64,000 bases of DNA, from NCBI GenBank assembly GCA_965223865.1, contig OZ245020.1, forward strand, positions 1,600,001 through 1,664,000, given 5' to 3'. Source of the stretch: Nitrosarchaeum sp. (GTDB taxonomy: Archaea; Thermoproteota; Nitrososphaeria; Nitrososphaerales; Nitrosopumilaceae). Shown here piece by piece: positions 58,681-64,000 of the stretch. The position numbers and the translations under genes are program-made. The notes under the pieces are model-generated. The model did no database searches. It was not told the origin of the DNA and saw only the letters and a list, made by a program, of their open reading frames with translations. Position 1 is the first letter of the stretch. Each line of letters begins with the position of its first letter.

Positions 58681-59154
58681 ATGAGAGATAATACTGATGA
58701 TTTAAAAAAATCTGTAAAAATACATAGTAAAAATTTAGCAAAACTAGGAAAGGAGTTTTCAGAAATCAAGTTTAATTATAAGGTATTAAATGAAACCAAG
58801 GGAAAATATTGGGAAACTCGGATTCACAATTTTAAAAGATATCAACAAAAAGGAATTGAGTATTATACTCAAGTTCATGCTTTGATGGATTTGACAGATA
58901 AAGAAAAAGCAGGAATTTTTTTACTTAGCCTAAGTAAACTGCATCAATTAGGAACAAAATTACTAGAATTATTTGAAGAGATAAAACAAAATCCGTCCAT
59001 AATGTCCTCAAAAGACAAACAACAAAGTAAGTGGAGTAAAGAAATCAAAGATCAGGTAATTGATTATAGCAACAAAGCATTACAACAAGAAACAGACATG
59101 AATGCAAATTTTCGTCAGTTTTACGAAAAGTATCTAAAGAATATTACAGAATAA
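58681..59154 (+). CDS. Hypothetical helical protein
   Basis: 157-aa ORF with ATG start. Confidence 0.7.
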   Translation: MRDNTDDLKKSVKIHSKNLAKLGKEFSEIKFNYKVLNETKGKYWETRIHNFKRYQQKGIEYYTQVHALMDLTDKEKAGIFLLSLSKLHQLGTKLLELFEEIKQNPSIMSSKDKQQSKWSKEIKDQVIDYSNKALQQETDMNANFRQFYEKYLKNITE

Positions 59155-59162
59155 ATCACACA

Positions 59163-60155
59163 TCAATACGCCAATTCAGACATGTACTTTGCATCTTTTA
59201 AAGATGCTTCAAATTCATCTTCGGTCATAATGTTTTGTTTTGCATATACACTCTTGAATTTTCTTCCATCATCTGCAAATATTCCAACAACACAAGATTT
59301 ACCTTCAATTGGATATTTTTTCATACTTGCATAGACTGCAGCTGAGGAAGGACTAATCAACAATTTATCTTTAGTATAGACTTCTTTTACAACTGAAAAT
59401 GCTTCTTCATTGTCTACTAAAATCCAGTCATCAACCACACTTTCTCGTTTCAAAAACAGGTCAGGTTTTGCAGATTCCTCAAAGTTTCTCCAACCCTGAA
59501 TCAAGTGGTTTTGTTGCGGTTGGCATCCAATGATCTTGATATTTGGGTTTTTTTCTTTAAGATAGGTTCCAATGCCAGTTATTGTGCCCCCAGTTCCAAC
59601 TCCTGTAAAGAAATGAGTTACTTTACCATCAGTCTGCTTCCAGATTTCAGGACCTGTTCCAACATAATGTCCTTTGAAATTAGCCTCATTTGCATATTGG
59701 TTAGGAGAATAATAGGTGTCGGGTCTAGAAGATGCTATTGAGGTTGCAAGTGCAATGCTTTGATCAGTACCTGCACCTACTTTTGGACATAAATCATCGC
59801 TTGTTTCAAAAACTTTGGCGCCAAGACTTCGTATGATATCTTTTGTTTCATTACTTGCCTTTTCAGGTATTACAATCTCAACTTTGTATCCAAGTAAATT
59901 TGCTATTCCAGTTAATGCTATTCCAGTGTTTCCAGAGGTAGGTTCTATTATGATACTTTTTCCTTTAGTCAAGATTCCTTTTTCTTCGCCATCTTTAATC
60001 ATCCAAAATGCAGCCCTATCCTTAACAGATCCAAATGGATTATGACCCTCTAACTTTGCATAGTATTCAGTATTCTCATTAGACAATGATTCTAATTTAA
60101 CAAGAGGAGTATTTCCTACTTTACTTAAAACATCAGTATCAGTAACAGTTGTCAT
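59163..60155 (-). CDS. PLP-dependent cysteine synthase family protein
   Basis: GNTPLV, NPFGSVKDR, EPTSGNTG, GTGGT. Confidence 0.93.
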   Translation of the reverse strand: MTTVTDTDVLSKVGNTPLVKLESLSNENTEYYAKLEGHNPFGSVKDRAAFWMIKDGEEKGILTKGKSIIIEPTSGNTGIALTGIANLLGYKVEIVIPEKASNETKDIIRSLGAKVFETSDDLCPKVGAGTDQSIALATSIASSRPDTYYSPNQYANEANFKGHYVGTGPEIWKQTDGKVTHFFTGVGTGGTITGIGTYLKEKNPNIKIIGCQPQQNHLIQGWRNFEESAKPDLFLKRESVVDDWILVDNEEAFSVVKEVYTKDKLLISPSSAAVYASMKKYPIEGKSCVVGIFADDGRKFKSVYAKQNIMTEDEFEASLKDAKYMSELAY

Positions 60156-60163
60156 GATTTGAC

Positions 60164-60394
60164 TTATTTCACCTTTTTAATTTGAAATGTAATTACATCG
60201 CCATCTTTAGATAGGTCCAATAGTTCATGGCCATTTCGTGTAACCCATCTTGAAATATCATCTTCTGCAGCAGGATCGTCTGCCGAAACGGTTAGAATTT
60301 CACCAACTTGCATTTTTTCAATTTCAATTTTTGTTCGAAAAACAGGTTCAGGACAAAATAATCCTGTTGCATCTAATTTTTTTTCAGCAGACAT
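60164..60394 (-). CDS. tusA: TusA family sulfur carrier
   Basis: LDATGLFCPEP...ADDPAA..DI. Confidence 0.9.
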   Translation of the reverse strand: MSAEKKLDATGLFCPEPVFRTKIEIEKMQVGEILTVSADDPAAEDDISRWVTRNGHELLDLSKDGDVITFQIKKVK

Positions 60395-60771
60395 TTCTAT
60401 AATTCATCATGGCCCCTGTGTCATATTAAAAGCTATTCGGGTTTATTCAATAGTCTAAGCTAACAAAAGTATAAATTTTTTCTTGTGGAAATATGCATAT
60501 GTTTTTTCATTTATTTTATTAAAAATATTTTTTATATTCTATTCAAATCACATACATTTTTTCAAAAAAGAAAAAGATATGAATTTCAGTATCTTAAATG
60601 AAATAAATCTTAACAAAAAATATGAAGCTTTAACCACATCATAATTGCGGTAGAGAATTATGGGAAGATCAGAGTTTGTCCAAGATGTAAAAGATACAGA
60701 GGAATAAGATTAGATTACAACATACAGTTTACAACAGATAGATCGTTATTTTTGTATAGAAAAAATAATCC

Positions 60772-61686
60772 CTACAATGCCATCTTAAACATTGTTCCAA
60801 GATTACGCTCCTTCATAAAGCTAGGATCGTAGTTTTGAAAATTAATTTTTTGAGAAATTCTTTTCATCAAATAGATAGCAATTTTATAAAATAAAGACCA
60901 AAGATGGCTGTTTTGATTTGTATTATAAATTCTCAACATTAAAGTTAAAAGCCATTTTGCATTTGGGTAATGCTCAGCAATATATTCAAATAAATATTCT
61001 TTTGAATTGTTGATTTTGTATTTTAGATGGTCTAGTGTTTCATTTTGTAATGCATAACCTGTTTGAGAAATTTCAATTTCCCCCTTTTTCATAGACTGTA
61101 AGATATCATCCAAATTGTTTTCAGAATTTATCACGTTGACACAACGACCTAATGTTGATAATACATGGGAATCACTTCCAGAAACTTGAGTCATGTTATT
61201 ATCTAAAGCAAATTTGGTTGCTTTAGCGTTTGATAAGATATCAACATTATTGCTGTTAAAGACTTCAACCATATCACATTTTTTTGCATCATCACGTAAC
61301 GCATCAAGTAAACTAAATGGATGAGGTGCAGAAGATATTCCATCCTGTTTTCTAACTTCATCAATTAATTCATCTAGTGTAATGCCAGGTTGAATTTCAT
61401 CATGAATTCCATAGGCTAAAACATGAGCACCAGTATCAATTGTTATTTCTTCGGCTGGAAAAACTTTGATATTTTGGAATTTAGAATGATTTTTTTTGTA
61501 TTCTAAAAGTTGGTTATAACCATCAAGAGTGTTATGATTGGTAACAAAAATAGCATCTAATCCTAAACCATATGATCTTTCAAGCTGGTCTCTAATCGAA
61601 ATATTACAATCATAGGGAGGTTCTTTAGTTCCAACATGAAAGTTTGAAAAAGAATTGTGGCAATGTAGTTCAGTTTTTACAGACAA
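60772..61686 (-). CDS. PHP-domain metallophosphoesterase
   Basis: ELHCH, TNHN, APHP, GSDSH. Confidence 0.88.
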   Translation of the reverse strand: MSVKTELHCHNSFSNFHVGTKEPPYDCNISIRDQLERSYGLGLDAIFVTNHNTLDGYNQLLEYKKNHSKFQNIKVFPAEEITIDTGAHVLAYGIHDEIQPGITLDELIDEVRKQDGISSAPHPFSLLDALRDDAKKCDMVEVFNSNNVDILSNAKATKFALDNNMTQVSGSDSHVLSTLGRCVNVINSENNLDDILQSMKKGEIEISQTGYALQNETLDHLKYKINNSKEYLFEYIAEHYPNAKWLLTLMLRIYNTNQNSHLWSLFYKIAIYLMKRISQKINFQNYDPSFMKERNLGTMFKMAL

Positions 61687-61741
61687 TTTTAAGTAGAATA
61701 TTCAGGTTTAGATTATAATCCTATTGCAAGAGATTTGCCAA

Positions 61742-62467
61742 TCAGCGAAAGAGGTCTTCATTTTCAGGTCGAATTAGATCATCAATTGAAGAAGGTTCAT
61801 TTGAAAATTCATAATTTCTAATAATTGCAACTGGAGATTTCTTTGTTTTTTTCATAACTAATTCAGAGGCACTACAAAGTTCATCGGCAACGGCAATTGC
61901 GGTAACTCTCAAAGTCTTATCAAAAGAATCCAGAGTTCCTGCATAATCAAGAATAGGATTCATTCCTGATATCCCTATAGCAAAATCAGTCTGTCCCAAT
62001 CTAAACGGACGACCAAAGGTATCTGCAATAATTATGGCAACAGAATTTTTTGTTTTATCAAAAATTTTCTTTCTGATTAATTCAGCAGAGACATCAGAAT
62101 TAATTGGTAAAAGGGTGGCATAGCCATTTTGCACGTTGCTTTCATCAATTCCAGCATTTGCACAAATAAATCCGTTATTTGTCTCTACGATAATAATTCC
62201 GTTTTTCATTCTTACAATCTTTTTTGACTCTCTTAGAATTAATTCTACAATCCTAGGGTCCTTTTGATATTGAGAACTGATTCCTTCGGCAAGTAAGGAA
62301 GGAGTAACAGAAGACAGATCTACCAGTCTACCTTCTTGTTTTGAGATAATTTTTTGCGCAATAACTAGTATATCCCCTTCAGAAATATCCTCAGATTTTA
62401 AAATTAGTTCAACAATGTCGTCATCTGGTTCAATATCTTTTTTTATGTATACAGGTATAATTTCCAA
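61742..62467 (-). CDS. cofE: Coenzyme F420-0:L-glutamate ligase
   Basis: KIISKQEGR, ANAGIDESN, DTFGRPFRLG, ADEL. Confidence 0.94.
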   Translation of the reverse strand: MEIIPVYIKKDIEPDDDIVELILKSEDISEGDILVIAQKIISKQEGRLVDLSSVTPSLLAEGISSQYQKDPRIVELILRESKKIVRMKNGIIIVETNNGFICANAGIDESNVQNGYATLLPINSDVSAELIRKKIFDKTKNSVAIIIADTFGRPFRLGQTDFAIGISGMNPILDYAGTLDSFDKTLRVTAIAVADELCSASELVMKKTKKSPVAIIRNYEFSNEPSSIDDLIRPENEDLFR

Positions 62468-62500
62468 TTATCAAATATTTGAAACAACGGTAAATTATTG

Positions 62501-63151
62501 TTATGCAGTAGTGGTGGTTTTAAGTTCTGATTTGTAGTGTCTATTAATAATATCAAGTATTTTTGAAAGATCCTTTTCTTCTAATGTGGTAGTTGCTAAA
62601 TCTTTTACCAAATCTTGAGCTCTATAGGCAATGCCTAGTCCACAAATATCAAATAATTTAACATCATTTGCACCATCTACGACACATGCAATGTCTTCTT
62701 TCTTTTCATTCCATTCATCTATTTTTATTTTAGCAGATTTTGCTTTATCAGAATCTACATTAATTTTTACACCATCTAGTTTTCCATCTTGAAAAATCAA
62801 TTCATTTGAGAAAACATGATCTAGACCAAGTTCGTCTTTTAACCTGTCAGTCATTATTGTAAATCCACCAGAAACTGCCATTAATTTCCATCCTGCAGAC
62901 TTCAAAACTCTACAAGCTTCTTTGGCCCCAGTCATAATCGGCAATTCGTCTGCAACTTCTTTACAAGTTTCATAATCCAATCCTTTTAGAGCATTAACTC
63001 GGGTTCGAAGACCTTCTTCCCAATTAATTACACCTTGTATTCCTTTTTTTGTTATTTCCCAAATTTCATCTTCTTTGTTTAATTTTTCAGCAAGAATTGG
63101 CAAATATTCAGCATCATAAAGAACTCCTTCAACATCAAAAATTACAAGCAA
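62501..63151 (-). CDS. serB: Phosphoserine phosphatase
   Basis: FDVEGVL, LRTRV..LKG, VSGGF, DGAND. Confidence 0.88.
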   Translation of the reverse strand: MLVIFDVEGVLYDAEYLPILAEKLNKEDEIWEITKKGIQGVINWEEGLRTRVNALKGLDYETCKEVADELPIMTGAKEACRVLKSAGWKLMAVSGGFTIMTDRLKDELGLDHVFSNELIFQDGKLDGVKINVDSDKAKSAKIKIDEWNEKKEDIACVVDGANDVKLFDICGLGIAYRAQDLVKDLATTTLEEKDLSKILDIINRHYKSELKTTTTA

Positions 63152-63242
63152 GTGTTATCTGATTTGCAGAAAAATGTTAATTATATTAAAGTTGATACTA
63201 TATTTTTTAATTATATATTTTCATGAATTTTGATCGCAGTTA

Positions 63243-63386
63243 TTATTTTGTAGCTTTTCGAAGTATCTCATTTATGACATGTGAAAAACTCACATTTTTG
63301 TCTGATTTTCTAATCTGTTCTGACTGAGTTTTCCTTAACTTAGATACCAAGCCATCATCTAACATTATAGTTACTCTTTTTGCCAT
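63243..63386 (-). CDS. Small ribbon-helix-helix-like protein (47 aa), copy 2
   Basis: MAKRVTIMLDDGLVSKLRKTQSEQIRKSDKNVSFSHVINEILRKATK; 37/47 identical to copy 1. Confidence 0.8.
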   Translation of the reverse strand: MAKRVTIMLDDGLVSKLRKTQSEQIRKSDKNVSFSHVINEILRKATK

Positions 63387-63631
63387 ATGTGTTAAATGAG
63401 TTATTTATTGTATTAATATGATCTGACTATTAGAAGGCTAGAAACTATTTCTTCATATGTTGTACAAAAGGATACAGTTCATCCTTGTGTGGTGTTTGGC
63501 AAAGAAAATTAATTATTGGGAATTAGAATAATACTGAAGGTAATTTGTCTTTTAATTCTTTAAATAGATTTTAAACTATTTTGGAAGTAAGAAACGTTAG
63601 CAATAAATCAAAGATAGTAATTGTATTTTAC

Positions 63632-63922
63632 ATGGATGAGTTAGAACACAAATATGAAGTTGACATAAATGAAACTGAAAAAAGACAAAGATTACCAGAC
63701 GCAGTAAAAACAGAATTAAAAGAAACAGGCATGATGGATGACAAGGGTAAATTAAAACTAAAAGGAGTCAGTCCAAAGATGCTAAAAAGAATGAAACAAG
63801 AATATGTAGATTGTCCTGTTCTTAAAGAAGATATTCAATTTATTCAGTGTTTTATATGTCCGAATTTCCAAAGCAGAGTAACAGGCAAAGTTCTCTGTAA
63901 AGGTGATGACTTAAAGTTATAG
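63632..63922 (+). CDS. Hypothetical protein with C-terminal Cys cluster
   Basis: VDCP...QCFICPNF...VLC; probable start MDELEHK. Confidence 0.7.
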   Translation: MDELEHKYEVDINETEKRQRLPDAVKTELKETGMMDDKGKLKLKGVSPKMLKRMKQEYVDCPVLKEDIQFIQCFICPNFQSRVTGKVLCKGDDLKL

Positions 63923-64000
63923 TTGAAAATTGTCCACGAAAGGCTCATTAGTAAAATATTTCTTGGAATTCTAGTTTGAGTAAGCAAGACATAGGAATAA

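Overview
AT-rich archaeal DNA whose core genes (cdvA, long thyX, cofE, FEN1, proteasome beta, Cys-type thi4) fit a Nitrosopumilus-like ammonia-oxidising archaeon; the taxon is inferred, not searched. The left ~28.5 kb is an integrative conjugative element (ICE) inserted at the 3' end of tRNA-Ser(CGA) (28498-28579, minus strand). It has a Zn-ribbon tyrosine integrase, VirD4-, VirB4-, VirB6- and PrgI/VirB3-like genes, a pilin-like gene, two surface proteins, two AbrB-like regulators and several unannotated micro-ORFs. No second att copy was seen, so the element probably extends past the left edge. Between virB4 and virB6 lies a ~9 kb cargo island: a type IIG-like restriction-modification fusion, a beta-CASP nuclease, an SPL-like radical SAM protein, a TcmP methyltransferase-fold protein, a DUF5131 (Gp37/Gp68) three-Cys protein and a Cys-motif protein. 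This island is a candidate undescribed DNA-modification/defence system. Nearly every backbone gene of the ICE is preceded, 26-29 bp upstream, by the same pyrimidine-rich-BRE + TTTTAWRCAAA promoter, suggesting an element-specific regulon. The coupling protein carries a C-terminal wHTH + PD-(D/E)xK-like nuclease domain. The right ~35 kb is mostly housekeeping, including a sulfur-assimilation cluster, an H1-like repeat protein, a collagen-like protein and an internally deleted SLC13 transporter. All family assignments come from motif recognition by eye.
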